Below are positions 40,132 through 54,066 of a stretch of 64,000 bases of DNA, piece by piece. The translations under genes and the position numbers were made by a program. The notes below the pieces were generated by a model that saw nothing but the letters and a program-made list of their open reading frames with translations, had not been told where the DNA came from and did not search any database. The stretch is from NCBI GenBank assembly GCA_021613535.1, contig CP075495.1, forward strand, positions 4,340,001-4,404,000. The letters are read 5' to 3'. Source of the stretch: Adineta vaga (lineage: Eukaryota > Animalia > Rotifera). Numbering within the stretch: the stretch's first letter is position 1; each line of letters starts with the position of its first letter.

Positions 40132-42266
40132 ATGGAATTCTTTAATCAGAATGCAAATAGAAAAAGAAAACTTAGTCAATCGAAAGAACAGGAAGAAAGT
40201 TTAAAAAGAAAAGATACGAAATCAGTTGGTTGTTTTGGACGGTGCTGTAGTCGGAAAGATCAAAATATCCCATCTGAACAAAAAGAAAAAATCCCTTTGA
40301 AAAATGATTTCATTAATCAACAATTACGAACAGTATCTGGTGTTGGTAATAAGATTTCGTCTATACCAATAACACACTTATCAAGATCACCATTGTATAA
40401 TGAATCAAAATTTTGTCAGAAAACTTTAGAATCATATCATGATCCATGCATTGAATGGGCTGTACAGAATGAACCTGATGTATGGGAGAATATTCCAAAA
40501 AATACTCAGAATTCAAGCGAACAGTTACGTGATACTAATATGGTCAGATAGTTACGATTATTTCTTTCAATGTACACTTCCTTGCCTATTTCTAGATGGC
40601 GTCCATCGAGAAAGTGGACGCATTTCTCAAGCAGAAGATCAATAGTACTAAATTAGATAATTCTTTACCCAATAAATCATTGCACTGTATCGAAAATCAA
40701 GTCAATTCATTTATTAATGATATTATTGGTGATGGAGTTGATCGAATGGCACAGATACTTACAAAAGTATATTATAATAATAAACAGACAAAAATCAATA
40801 TAGAAGATACACCTTCAACAAACTCTGCAATCATTCGTCAAGAAAATGATTCAAATAACAGACTTCTTGATTCTACTGAACAATCAAAATATCGATATGA
40901 TAGTCTTGTTTTTCAAAAACAGAGTATGTTATTTCGATATACGAGAATTACTTCACGTATACATATTATTTCAGCTTTAAAAACTACATTGCAACATTCA
41001 TCTGTAGAGCCGGCTTCAGATCATACATCAACACACGTCATTCCAGATAATTACAGTACTATACAGAGAGAGAGAGAGGAGAAAAGAAAGAATGTTGTCA
41101 AAACTCGTTTCTTATTCTCGTTTGTAGATTGGGATATAGAATCAAATATGACAAAATCTCAGAATCAAGAACCATACAGTAAATCCTTCAGATACTTTTT
41201 CATAAATGAACTTTCTATGATCATCTTTTACAGATTGGGATCTTCAAGAGTATTCATGGCCATCAATTCATGAACAATCTCAAAAGAATTCTTTACTAAA
41301 CGGTCAGTTAAAACAAATTTACAAACTCATAAATTGAATGATAAGTCTTTTTGCAGATTTCAGAACGGATGAATCTGAACAAAAAATGACAGATCATGAT
41401 AATATCCTTTTATCCGATGATGATACGAATAAATCCACATATAGTATCGTTTCTTCATTACCATCAAATCAAAAAAATCAAGTATTTGTTGTGAAGAAGT
41501 CAAGTCTATCTCTCAATCATTCCTTTCAACATAAACCTATCTCAACAGAAGTATTTAATCAAGACATATCAGAACTCCATGATCGATTCAGTTCAACGTC
41601 AATCAATGAACTCCTTGAACATATGACTCATGGTAAACAACAAAAATCATTCGATTTAGATTCCATTAGTACTGCATATTCGATCCCGATCTCAATACGT
41701 CCTTCAGTATTACCAGAAATAATCAATGATCGAAATCATTGTCAACCATCACAAACAAGTATCAATAAAAAACATCATTCAATTCCAGCAAAACAAATCT
41801 CATCAATCTTCACTTATGATGAAATGTAATGAAATAATATCACATTTTTGCGTCAAATTTTTACAGATTTTTTGCTTCTAGATTGAGTTCTTGGCGATAC
41901 TATCTTGAACGATATTTAAGTTTTATATTGCCTTCAAATCAGACTACGACAAAACATGACATCGATTTATCTTCGTCTATCATCACGTCCCATAGTCATT
42001 CATGGTCGACAGCGACATGTACAGATGTCATTCAGTCTGATAATATCGGCCCATGGTGGGGTCGACGTGATGTAGACGATCATACTCCGGCAACGTTTAT
42101 ATTTGCTAATGAACCATTAAGTACTTGGTATTCTTTAGAAATAAATCCAGACTGTAAACAAATGTGTACTTCAATGCATAATCAATCATGTTGTTCTCAA
42201 GAGAATGATCATTTAACTGCATATCATTACTATTGTAGTTCATCACCACCATCATCATCGCTTTGA
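40132..42266 (+). CDS. Orphan, largely disordered multi-exon protein
   Basis: Four long co-oriented ORFs with flanking splice sites, followed by AATAAA near 42305. No recognisable domain; the internal exon structure is not fully resolved. Confidence 0.6.
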
Positions 42267-43037
42267 TTAAAGATTGAAAACATTACTTTATACATAAACA
42301 GATAATAAATTGTCTATGTCTTTCGATCGTTTGTAACTATTTACTTGATGAAGTGTCAGAACGGAAGTAAACAATCTTATCGACTATATTTCTATGAATT
42401 CAATCAATATTGATCCGTATCAGGAAGCGAAAAGTACATTGATACGTAAGAAAATATCATTACATAATTCATCTTTCGGATGATTATTAAAAAATACCAA
42501 TCATATGACATCTACAATATTATAATTGATCGTTAGAGTAGATGCGGTAATCATTTCAATTTCTTTCACAAAAACATGATTCTGTATTAACACATCTTTT
42601 ATGTACTGTTCGAGACGAGAACAAAAGCAAACTGTGTACATTTTAGTGTCCAGACGTGTTAATCAATTTTCGTTTGACACTTAAAAATGACGAATTATTC
42701 TTCTAGTATTATTTATAGCAAGTCACATCCATATAATAAGTCTTGTGAATGAAAAATAATGAACTTCAACATGTTGACGTAGGATGAAAGGAGAGAAAGA
42801 TAAAAGAGAGATAGAGAGAGTAACGATTCTTTCGTTGTTTTCTCTTACTCCTTCCTACTTTGTTATACAATGTGCCGCCGTATCGATCGACATTTTTCTC
42901 TTCTTTACTCTCGTGAACAGATATATAATCCTTCCTACACATTCTTTCCTATGTGAAGAGTTTATGTATGACACCATACACATCGAATACTAAATCATTT
43001 GATTAAACTTAGTCAAAATCTGTATTTTTCTTCTCAT

Positions 43038-43818
43038 ATGGACGCTGATCTTGCTGAAAAACTTCATCGACGAATTTCTCGTCTAGAATCATCGTCAGAA
43101 AAATATTCATTATCAAATTATGAACATCAACGTTCAATCCTATGTGAATTGTCCCATAGACAAATTCAAAAATTAAAACAAACTTTTGAAGAGTAAGATT
43201 AAAAGAAATCTATTAATACAGAAGTTTTATATCTAATTATTTTCCTTGTTGTTTTTTCTCGAAAGGTATGATACTGATAAGGATAAATCAGTAAATTTTG
43301 ATGAATTAAAATTTATGTTGGAAAAACTTGGTATTCCACAGACTCATTTACATTTAAAACAAATGATTAAACAAGTTGATGAAGATCAAGATGGAAAAAT
43401 ATCATTTGGAGAAGTTCGTTTTATTTAAATTGATTGTGTTTTATTCTTCTTTTTCCTTCTTATTAGTTTCTACTCATTTTTCGTAAGGCACTGGCGAAAA
43501 GTATCGAATTAGATAAAGAAAAATCTGCAATTTTGTATAAATTTTATTCCATGTTATTTGAAATTGATGTTGCCAAAGAAGGTGTTAGTGTTGCTAAGAC
43601 TTTCTTTGAAGCGAAAGTAAATCTTCTTTGCAATTCTCGTTTATTAGTTTTGATTGTTCTTCTTTTCGCTTTCTATATAGGTAGCTGCAGTTAAAGATAG
43701 CGAAAGATTTCAACGCGAAATTTGTGAAGAACAAAATCAACGACGTCGATCAGAAGAAGAAAAGATTCGTCGTAAATTAGAATTTCAAAATCGTTTGGCA
43801 TTATTTCAAACAACATGA
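43038..43818 (+). CDS. EFHD: EF-hand domain protein D (swiprosin-like)
   Basis: DLAEKLHRR; EF hands YDTDKDKSVNFDELKFMLEKLGIPQTHLHLKQMIKQVDEDQDGKISFGEFLLIFRKA; EIDVAKEGVSVAKTFFEAKV; C-terminal coiled coil. Confidence 0.92.
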
Positions 43819-44686
43819 TTTTTGAAAATTAACATCATGTATTCTGTGATAAATCTTGTAACATAAGGTGTGAATTTTAATTCTTTAAATATAGATAAAA
43901 ATTCATTTTCTTCTTTTAATCAAAAACTTACTACGTAGGATAATCTTATAGAACTAAAACCAAGTTCATCTCTTCTCGGTATACAATAGAATGTTTATAT
44001 CATTGAGAAGAAGGACTTTTTTGTGGATAAATCGTATCATAGATTACATTCCCTTCAAATAAACATCATCTGAAAAGAAATCTTCTTTCGTATTCCGCTC
44101 TCTCTCTCTCTCTCTTTCTATTTTTATTCAAACGTGTATTTTAATATGAAAAGTAATACTATACAAAAATAAAGTCATAGTAAAAAAAAGAACTGTGTAA
44201 ATGTGTTTATATTAATCAAACAACATTATTCAAAAAAGAAATACAACGACTCAGATCACATCGGGTAAAAGAAACGTACAAAAAAATCGTGTCTTTTGAA
44301 ATATATTTGTCAGTTAGAAACGAACACCAAGAAAAACATTTTTAGTACAAAAAAAAACAATATAACAATCACCGTTCAATAATATTATTCATATACACAC
44401 ACACAAAAAGCGTAAAGAAAATCATTTCGTTGTAGATTTATGAAGAGATAGAATACTTATCTGTTCTCATTTGATTTTCAAATGAGAGAAAGAATGTTTT
44501 TGTTTCTAAAAGAATAATGGCTACAGAAAAAAAACAATAGATGAAAACACACATTTATATAGATCATTCTCATAACAACTAGCATATAGAACTTAGTTAA
44601 CAATGAGAAAGCATTTCAAAAAGATCATTCACTCACGCTGTTCGTAGAGATTGATTATAGGTATGAATAGTTTTCTTTTTTTTCTC

Positions 44687-47560
44687 TTAATAACGAGGTT
44701 CATCTCTACTACTATATTGATGAATTAGATTATCAAGCATAGTTCCTAGAAGATCAGAAAGATTTTTTCTTAATTAACAGAAGAAATGAATCGATTTTTA
44801 CCTTCTAATAATCGTGCACTATTTTCATCATAATTTGTGCCAGAATCTGTTTGATTTATATATCTTTGAATCAAATTATCTAAACATATTGTATCCATTA
44901 GATTATTTCCTGCGTATTTTTCAATTGTCTTATATTGACCTTGATCTCTTGAACGTATCGGTGTTTGATATCTCGTTTCTTGTGGAACTACTGGTCTATA
45001 ATAAATGTCATCATTCATAATCGGAACATCGTTTGACTAAATATAGAAAAAGAAATTTTGTTTAAGAAAAGACAACAATGTTGACAATGATAAATGTACT
45101 CGATCAGCAATAACATTCCGACTTAAATCTCTTAATAGATCTTCTAATTCAAAATCGATCAATTCTTGATTAACAGATGTTAACAAATATTTTTGAGCAT
45201 CAGGCATTAAATCATGAAATCGTCCTGCTGTATGTGTTCGTATAGGTGGAGCTTCTTTAAATTCTATTATTCGTCGTGATGGAACATGTGACTCATAATT
45301 TGATACTGGTGTTGGTAATCGTGGACGTGGATGAAGGCCAAGTTCACGTATCCAATCATCGGAATATAAACTACATATTTATTGTCAAATTAACATAAAG
45401 CGAACAGGAAAAATAAACATACTGAGTTTTACTTCTGTCATCGTCAATGTATTTATCTGTATCGATACGAAATGGATCAACAATATGTCTATGTATTTCA
45501 GGACTTGGTCTTCTTGTCTAGAAATAAAAGAAAAATATTCGATCGATTTAGATTTGTTGTTATTTTTTTTTCGATTTTTGAATACATTCACTTCGAGACC
45601 AAGTTCATGAATAGTTTCATGTAAAATATCGGGCACAAGTTGATCCTCAATATAATGACCAATAAAATCTTCAACAAAATGATTAGTAAGTGCTTCATGT
45701 GGTACATAACCCAAATTTGATGGTTCCTACATGAATATCAAATTTGTTTCTATGTCAAATTCGAAAATGAATTCAATTGAATACACACATTTCGAAAACC
45801 AGGTGCAATAAATGTATCCAATCGATCCAAATCTGGATATCGCGAATGTGGAGCAGTCACTAATGTTAATCGTTGTGATGGTGATGTGAATACTCTATTA
45901 CCTCCCGTACTCATAGATAATGGCGGAAGATTTAAATGTGTATTCATACCAAATGTCTACATTAATTCAAAGGTTTATTGGAAATATATGTATGAATGAA
46001 AAAGAATCAGTCGTATAAATTACCTGTGTTGGTCTATAGAATTCACTAGTATATTTATGATTCGATAAAGGTGATGGTTTTCGTCCATATGAATTAAGAT
46101 TATCAGCATAACGATAATCAGGTGGATCAAGGCCGAATGTATCTACACCACCAGTGGTACTATAATTTCAAGAAAAAAAAGTCAACAAATCGAAGTTTCT
46201 CTACTTGTTCCATGCTGTACTTACAATAGAGTCGAAGGTAGTGTCGGTAATGTACTTGAACCTTGACGTAAATTGTAACGATTTTGGTATGTCACAAGAC
46301 TGGGTGGTGTACCTATCCTAAAAGAGAGATATTTGACAAATGTTCATATATATCTCTATTCTAAACTGACAGGATATCAATCGATATGTAATTTCTTTCT
46401 TTTTTATAAATATTCTGTCAATAAGTAAACGAATCGATTTTATAACATATTTTAGTCTTCCAGTTAGATAATATAATTCAGTAGACGTCATGGCCTAATG
46501 ATATCTCTGAACAGATTGATTTGAGAGTGCAGATATGTTTGAATATGTATAAATAATTTACTTTTGTCCTTCTTCGCATGAATGCTCGAAAAGATTACGA
46601 TATTTTTATGATTATCTAAAATGTTTATTTAATATACACGTTGTATGCTTATAATTGAGATAGCCTTTTCAGTGACAATTATTTAGTCATATTTAAAAGA
46701 ATCTGTCGACTGAAATGATTCAACTTGGCAATTGCTCTAGATTGTATTAAGACAACCTTGCTGTTTTTTTTCTTTTAATCAAAGTGTAAAGAAACGAATT
46801 TTCGATGCATTATTTTTTTCAAGTCAATATTTTGCTTTGATTTTCGTTTTAACATTCTTTAAAGTGAAAAAAAGATTTGTTTTAGTAGGCAAGAAACATT
46901 GAGATAAACTAAGAATTTTGTTTTTCTTAAATGAATAATAATTGATAAATGTTCTTACAAAAGAATACCTCAAGAATTTTTTCTATCTTTATCTCTTTAA
47001 TATTAAGTCAATACATACGGTCGCAAATTTGGTGATAGACGACCAGCATTATGAAATCGTGGTGATTTAATAGGTTCGAGATTAATTGGTTCTTTCCAAT
47101 CGACAACATAATCATTTAAATAATCGAGATATGGTTTGTCTGTTGGTTCTTTTGTTGCTGCTGCTGTTGTTGTTGTTGTTGTTATCGTCGTTGTTTTTTC
47201 TGTTGTATGCTGTGATGATGGCGGTGACTTTTTGTGCATCTCTAAAGTTTGATTATTTATTTGGTTCTCTATTTGTATATGCTAAACAATTAAAGAAGAG
47301 TAATACCCTGTATGAACAATGGGAGGATGCTTTTGTGTTGTTGACGATGGAGTCGAAACAGGAGCTGGACCTGGAGCTGGTGCTGCAGGTCGCGATTGTG
47401 GCGGGTGTGGTGGTGGCGGTTGTTGTTGAGGGCGAGGTGGCTGAGAAGGTGCTTGTCGAGGAGTAGATTGTTGTGAAGCGGGCTTTCTTGTTTGTGTTGG
47501 TGGTTTTTGAACAGTTGATTGTTTTACTGGTCGAGTTTGATTTTGTTGTCTGGTTGCCAT
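44687..47560 (-). CDS. Orphan Pro/Gln-rich multi-exon protein, candidate ciliary gene
   Basis: Chain of minus-strand exons with GT-AG introns from MATRQQN (47560) to ...SRDEPRY* (44687). Short helical acidic motifs at the C-terminus; no family recognised. Confidence 0.7.
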
Positions 47561-47642
47561 TGAACTTTATAAATATTAGTTTTCAAAATTCAATTAGATT
47601 CTATTATATATACACGTCAACGCAAACATGGCAATTATTTTC

Positions 47643-47656
47643 GATACCATAGAAAC
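47643..47656 (-). promoter_or_regulatory. RFX X-box candidate upstream of the orphan gene
   Basis: GTTTCTATGGTATC on the minus strand, 83 nt upstream of ATG 47560. A second partial site, ATTGCCATGTTTGC, lies at about 47622-47635. Confidence 0.5.
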
Positions 47657-48576
47657 CAGTTTGCTCCCTCCTTTGATTTGCAAAAGAATTTTTTTTGGCG
47701 TATTCTATTATTGTAAAAATATTTTTCAAAAAAATCACTTCATTGCTTCTCGCAACTGTAGTTAATATTGATTCGATTGGATAAATCTTTTAACCAATCC
47801 CATGATTTTTTTATTAGAATTCAAATTCAAACTTTATAATAGACTTTTTCTTTTATTTACTGTTAAATGTTCTGTTCTATTTTGATTACTTTTTACTATT
47901 TTAATGATAATAATAATAATAATAATATTTAATAGTGACGATTTCAGGTAAATACATTATATTTTTGAAAGGAAATTAAAGCATTAAATTGTTCTCTATT
48001 TTGATTCTTTTCTTGCAGATAAATATTGGTAAGTAGAAAAAGAAAAAAACATTAAAGAAGAAAAGATTTTATTTTTCTTTAAAATAAATATTACAACACA
48101 TCTACATATATACCTTGACTTTCTTTTGTTCTTTCAAGTGATTTTGTTTGTATAACTACTCGTCAGATATACGTTTTGATTTTCTTCCTTTCGCTCTTCA
48201 CATCATCTAATGTGTATGTCTTCATGTTATATGATTTCAATTTCAGCCTTCGTTCTTTTTCTCTTGTTTGCTTCAAATACATTTTCTACCTGTGAGTGAA
48301 AGAGAAAAACGAGGCGGTAGTTGCAATAGAAAAAAACCTCATTTGTACTGTCGCCGTTCGTCGAATACTTGTCACCTCTCGTCAGTGATGTCGTTTTTTC
48401 TCTCTATGCCTCTCTCTCTCACTCACTCTTACTCTCTCTCTCTCTCTTCTCTATATTCTATGAGTAATAACAAGTGTTTCATTGCATTTCTTTTTCATTT
48501 CGTTTTACACAAGTGAGCAAAGCAGAGAAGAAGAAGAAACAAAAAGTTGATTTGAATATATAAAAAACAAAATATT

Positions 48577-51500
48577 ATGAATGATATTCACTGGCACGAT
48601 AAACGAAGCATGTCCTCAAAACAACTTTCATCACCTCCACCAACCCAACCTAGACGGACTTATGAAAATACATTACGAGCAAATCATTATCAACAAATGA
48701 ATATACGATTAAATACTCATTCTGCAACGGATCGAACAGTAACATCATCCTATCGTCAATATCCGACAGTAACGAGTCGTTCACATTATAGTCATGCAGA
48801 TTTACCATTTACTTCGAGTCTTTATGGAGTGAATCGACAATCATCACCTACTGTCATAGCTTCCGCTTCTCTGCTACCCACAACATCAAATAGACCATTA
48901 GATGTAAGAAATCAGTCTTATCGTACTCAACCACGAAATTTATCTCGTAGTGCTAGTGATGATTATTCTCTAACCAGATATCAAGAATTAAATAATTTTG
49001 ATGGTGAAAATTATGGTCGAAATGAACGAAATTTCAATCATGATGATGATGAACAGTCTTCTGAAATCTTCAATTACACCTTCCATGATGCAGGTGTAAG
49101 TTATCGTTTCTTTAAAGAAAAACAGAAGCTATTGAAATCAGTTGTCATTTAATGCCCATTTCTCTCTTGGCAGTATAATCATTTACTCGAATGAATAATA
49201 GTATTAATAAGTCAGATAGATTTTCTTTCATCATCGATATATATATAGTGATCCACTTGAGATTGTACGCAATTTGAGCTTTTTATATGAAACATATTAT
49301 TCTTCTTTTCTTTTTTCTCTTTTTAATTCTATTCGAAGAGTTTCACATAGATTACTTCCACAAAAAAACATTTTCAAGTGGATCTAAAGTAATAGCGAAC
49401 ATATTTTTTATATCCTTAGTACCAGATGGACGGATCCATAAAAGAAATCATATTTATTTATGAGTAGATATTTTTTCTCGTTTTAGCCACTCTTCTTTGA
49501 TGCTTAACAAATCTTTTTCTTTTTTTTCTTCTCTACTTCATGTTGAGATTAATCGCTATTCGTTTGTAGAGTATATAACAAAATAAAGCGATGCATATAT
49601 TGACATTAAAAAATCATCATTTTTGTTTTCGTTATTGCCTATATTCTTTCTATTTCATTTTTGTTCGTGCTTGTTTTAGGATTTGTCAAAAAAATAAGGT
49701 TTTTTTTTACTTCGTTCTTCATTTCCTCTATTATATCTCTGAATCAAGTCGATAAGCTTTAGTTCATTCATTGTAATGAAATTAGTCTGTGGTTATTGTT
49801 GTTTTGTTATATTCTCGTGTTCTCGTTTTCGGATAGAAAAGATAAAATACGATCATGAACATCGTTCGTCAATGAGACAGACAGAAAGGAAAGAGTGTAA
49901 AAAGTAAACGAGTCAATTGATGAGTTAGCAATCGATGAAAGAAGGTCAAAATGTTATTTTATTTTTGTATTGATGTATGAAGATACAAATAGAAGAGCGA
50001 ACAATATGCGAGTCGATTTAATGACCTTCGTCTATGATTACGCATACTCACGTCCATTCGTTTTTATGCGCTCGGTCAGACACCAAGCGAAGAAGAGGAA
50101 AAAACGGAAAGAAAACTTTTTTTTACTATAGACCGAAACAAAGGAAAAGAAGAAGAAGAAGAGAATATATGCAAAGAAATAAAATGAAAATTATCATTTG
50201 TATTGAGACAAAACGAGAACAGAAAAGAAGAAGAAGAACTAGTGATCGTAGTTTCTTTTTCATTCTACTTTACATCGAAGAAGCACATAAAGAAATGGGT
50301 TTAACAAATTCTCGACGATGGTGGCGAGCAGAAGAGAAGTCTATAGTACATCCATCATCCTCCGAAATGATTGATAAGGATAAAAAGAAGAACTTGAATG
50401 ATAAAAAGACGGAGGAGGATGAGGAGGAGGAAGACAAATGGAAGAAAAATAATGAGGTATGTTTCTAATTGATTTATGAATATACAACAATAGTTGAGAG
50501 AGAACTATTGACATTTGTTGGTCGTTTTTTTTACATATCACATATATGCATATATATATGATTGAATTTACAAGTACTACTCTTAACCTTGATAGACATG
50601 GTTCACTTCAGTTGTTCATTTATTCTTTTACTCCTCATTTCCTTTCTCTACTTCTTACGAGTACTTATTCTATCGTATTAATTGATAAGAATATTGAATA
50701 AAGAGGTAAAAAAGAAAGAAAAGGACCTGAACTGATTGATGATGATTATATAAATATATTTGAATTTTCTTTCCTTTTGCCTACTTTTTTTATATTTATT
50801 TTAAAGGATGTCGAATCACCAGTGGCCTCACCGATGGCATCATATCGTAATGTCGGAGTTTTAAATTCTCCTAATGTAAATAATAATAATAACAGTACTC
50901 GTCTTCTTTCATCAGCATTAAATTGTGAACCATATGATTATTCGTTGAAAAGATATGGTCAAGCAAACAACTATAAAACATTGACAATGCCGAAAAGTCA
51001 TTATCAAAATGTTTCTTCAACATCCGCGTCTGCAAAAGAACGTTTTTCTAAAGATAATGGAACACACCATTTATCGCCTTCGTCATCATTTGATGCAGAA
51101 AACAGTTCGAATTTAAATGACTCAACAAAGCGTATGAATAATCCTAATGGAAAATTTTCTATACAAAAAATTATTCGACATGGTTTTTCATCATGGCGTA
51201 CTCGAAAGAAACCATCCAGTTCATCTTCACCACCGCCACAACCACCACATCCAGCACCACCGCCACCACCACCATCATCATCATCGTCACATGCAATCTA
51301 TGCAAATACTTCCATTTTAGCAGCATCGCCACCATCGTTACCAAAGGAACGATCTACATCAAATAATGATGAATTTTCCCAAATTCCTCCACCTACCGCT
51401 GCACGCTCGATATCCGTTGATTCCATAACTAATAGAACACCATCACAAAAGCCAGTGAATGGAGAAGTAGTAATTCATTCAACTGCAAGAGCAAATAGTA

Positions 51501-53442
51501 CTGATGGTGTAACAAATGACTTTGATCGACCACCAACTGTTGCTCGAGTCTTTGTTCCTCCGTCATGGCCTAAGACATCAACAGCTACAGCAACGACAAA
51601 TACAACAACAGTTACTTCTGCTACAACTGAACCTAAATTTAGAGCAACACCAGTACCTGTTGCTCGTGTATTACCTGTACAATTAGCTGAAACAAACAGA
51701 ATAGTTATATCACGTTCTCCACCATCTTCGTCATCATTATCATCAACAACTACGACAACAGCAACAACTTCTTCAACAACAATGACAACAACAGCAGCAG
51801 CAGCAGCAGCAACACTGCCACCTCCACCACCCAGCATACCACCAACGCAGTAAGAACAACTGAAACCAATAGTATTGCAAGTTTGTCAACAAATCCAAAT
51901 TCGAATTCACACAAAATCCCACCTCCTGGTAAACACTTTATTTTGCATTTTTTCTTCGAAATCTTTTTTTTTCTTTTCTATCTTCTAGTTGCTCCTAAAC
52001 CTGATGTGAATCGTTTAACACCTATTCGTACAAATTATTTAAATAATAACAATCATTCTTCCACAAATCCAACTTCGATACCACCACATCCACTGCCTCC
52101 ACCACCACCATCATTACCACCTCCTCTTTCAACACCAGCTAGTATCACATTAAATACAACTCCATTTTCATCTATATCTACTCCACCTACTACTAATGAA
52201 CAACGTCGTTCAGTTATACCTGAAAAATTTATGGCAAATCAATTTAAACCTATTAATGATACTAATTCTGCTGCCTATGCAACAGTTACTCCTACTCCAG
52301 CAACCCGCCCTGTGACTGGTAGTAATATATCAGCATTACAGGAAAAACTTCAAATACGATCATCACCTGTAACTACAACGTATTCATCGCCATTATCCGT
52401 TAATATAACTGCTACAAATACTAGTAATATACCTACACCTGTAATGAATACAGCATCTCCTTCAACACATTCTTCATCTGCGACAACTACAATTCAAACA
52501 AGTAAACAGATAATTGTTCAAGATATTGATACAACTAGATACGAAGAAATTCCTGCTAAAGAACCTGATCTAACTCGTCAACCAGAAAAAAGTGCATTAA
52601 AAAAGCCGAATGGTGTTAAACGTCGTGTCATTCCAGTTCTTCGAGAGAATCAACGTCCATCACCTCGTCCTAGTCCAAAAACCAAACCCGTTGTTCTTCT
52701 TACTTCTCCGCCATTATCATCAACAAAGAATAATAATGAACCGAATTCCGAAGATGAGCGTAATGAAAATAATGATACTGCATCCGAGGATGATGATGAT
52801 GCTGATGATAATGATGGTAATAATGAAACAAAAAAACGTTTCGCTAATGTTACACGTAATGATTCGTTAGCACGTTTTCTCAAAGATCGTCCATTACCTA
52901 ATGAATTATATGAAAAACATATTCTTGTTAAACCAGTTGATGAACGTAAAAATGAACGTGAAACAATTGAAACAAAATTGGAACGAAAATTATCTTTACG
53001 TCCAAGTCTAGAAGAATTAGAACAAAGAAATATTATACGTGCAAAAACACAAGCAGAATTAATAGCAGAGAAAGAAGAAAAGAAACGTTATCTTATAAGA
53101 AAACTTAGTTTCCGACCAAGTATTCAAGGTAAAAAGAAAGAAAGAAATAATTCAAAATTTTTTACTTACAATCCTAAAAATCTATTTCATAAATAAAACA
53201 TGTATATTATTGCTAATATTTCGATATTTATTTTAGAACTTCGTGAACGTAAAATCATTCGTTTCTGTGATTATATTGAAGTCTCTGAATGTGATGATGT
53301 TGATCGTCGTGCTGACAAACCATGGACACGTCTAACACCACGTGATAAACAAATGATTCGAAAAGAACTCAATGATTACAAGAGTTCTGAAATGGAAATA
53401 CATCCCGAAAGTGCAAAATATACACGATTTCATCCTCCTTAG
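48577..53442 (+). CDS. PHACTR: Phosphatase and actin regulator (RPEL repeats + PP1-binding C-terminus)
   Basis: [62 protein letters not shown]...[16 protein letters not shown]...[17 protein letters not shown]...TRFHPP. There is a frame break near 51850 (see findings). Confidence 0.93.
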
Positions 53443-54066
53443 TATTTTGTATATAATCTCTTTCTGTTGCTTTTCATTTCTTTCATTCGCTTTTCGCATC
53501 TCAGTAAAGCAACAGACAATTTTCTTCATTCTTTCTTCTGTGATTTCTTTTCATGTCTATTGGCCTACGAAATACTTCTATGTATACATACATATATATT
53601 TTTGTTCCAAATCTGTTTTTCTTTTTTCTTTTGAAAAATTTTCAACTAAGTAGTGTGTATCGATCAAAGATTATCAATGTATACTTTTCTTTCTATCGTA
53701 CATTCAGACCGGTTCTTCGTTCTTCATATTTTCTATTTCTTAATGTTGTCATTATTGATGATGACCATTAGATTTCTTTCCTTTCTTTTCTTTTTCTCTT
53801 TTTTTTTGTATTGCATACACACTAAAAAACACGCATGTCAATATTAACAAATTGACTTGCATATTTTCTTGTAACAATCTGGCCTGACATTCTTCTTCTT
53901 TTTTTATGTCTATATATGTAAAAGAATAATAATTAAGTTAAGAAGTCGAAAGACACAAAAAACGATTTGAACGAATTTGAATAATAATGAATCTATATCT
54001 TTTTATTTATTATACATATTTTTCCAGATTTTACCAAAAAATATAGACGAGGAAAAGTGAATAACG

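Noticed and set aside
51475-51837. Antisense ORFs over PHACTR (also 47086-47466 and 52650-52883)
   Set aside because: Shadow frames of Pro/Thr/Ser-rich coding sequence.
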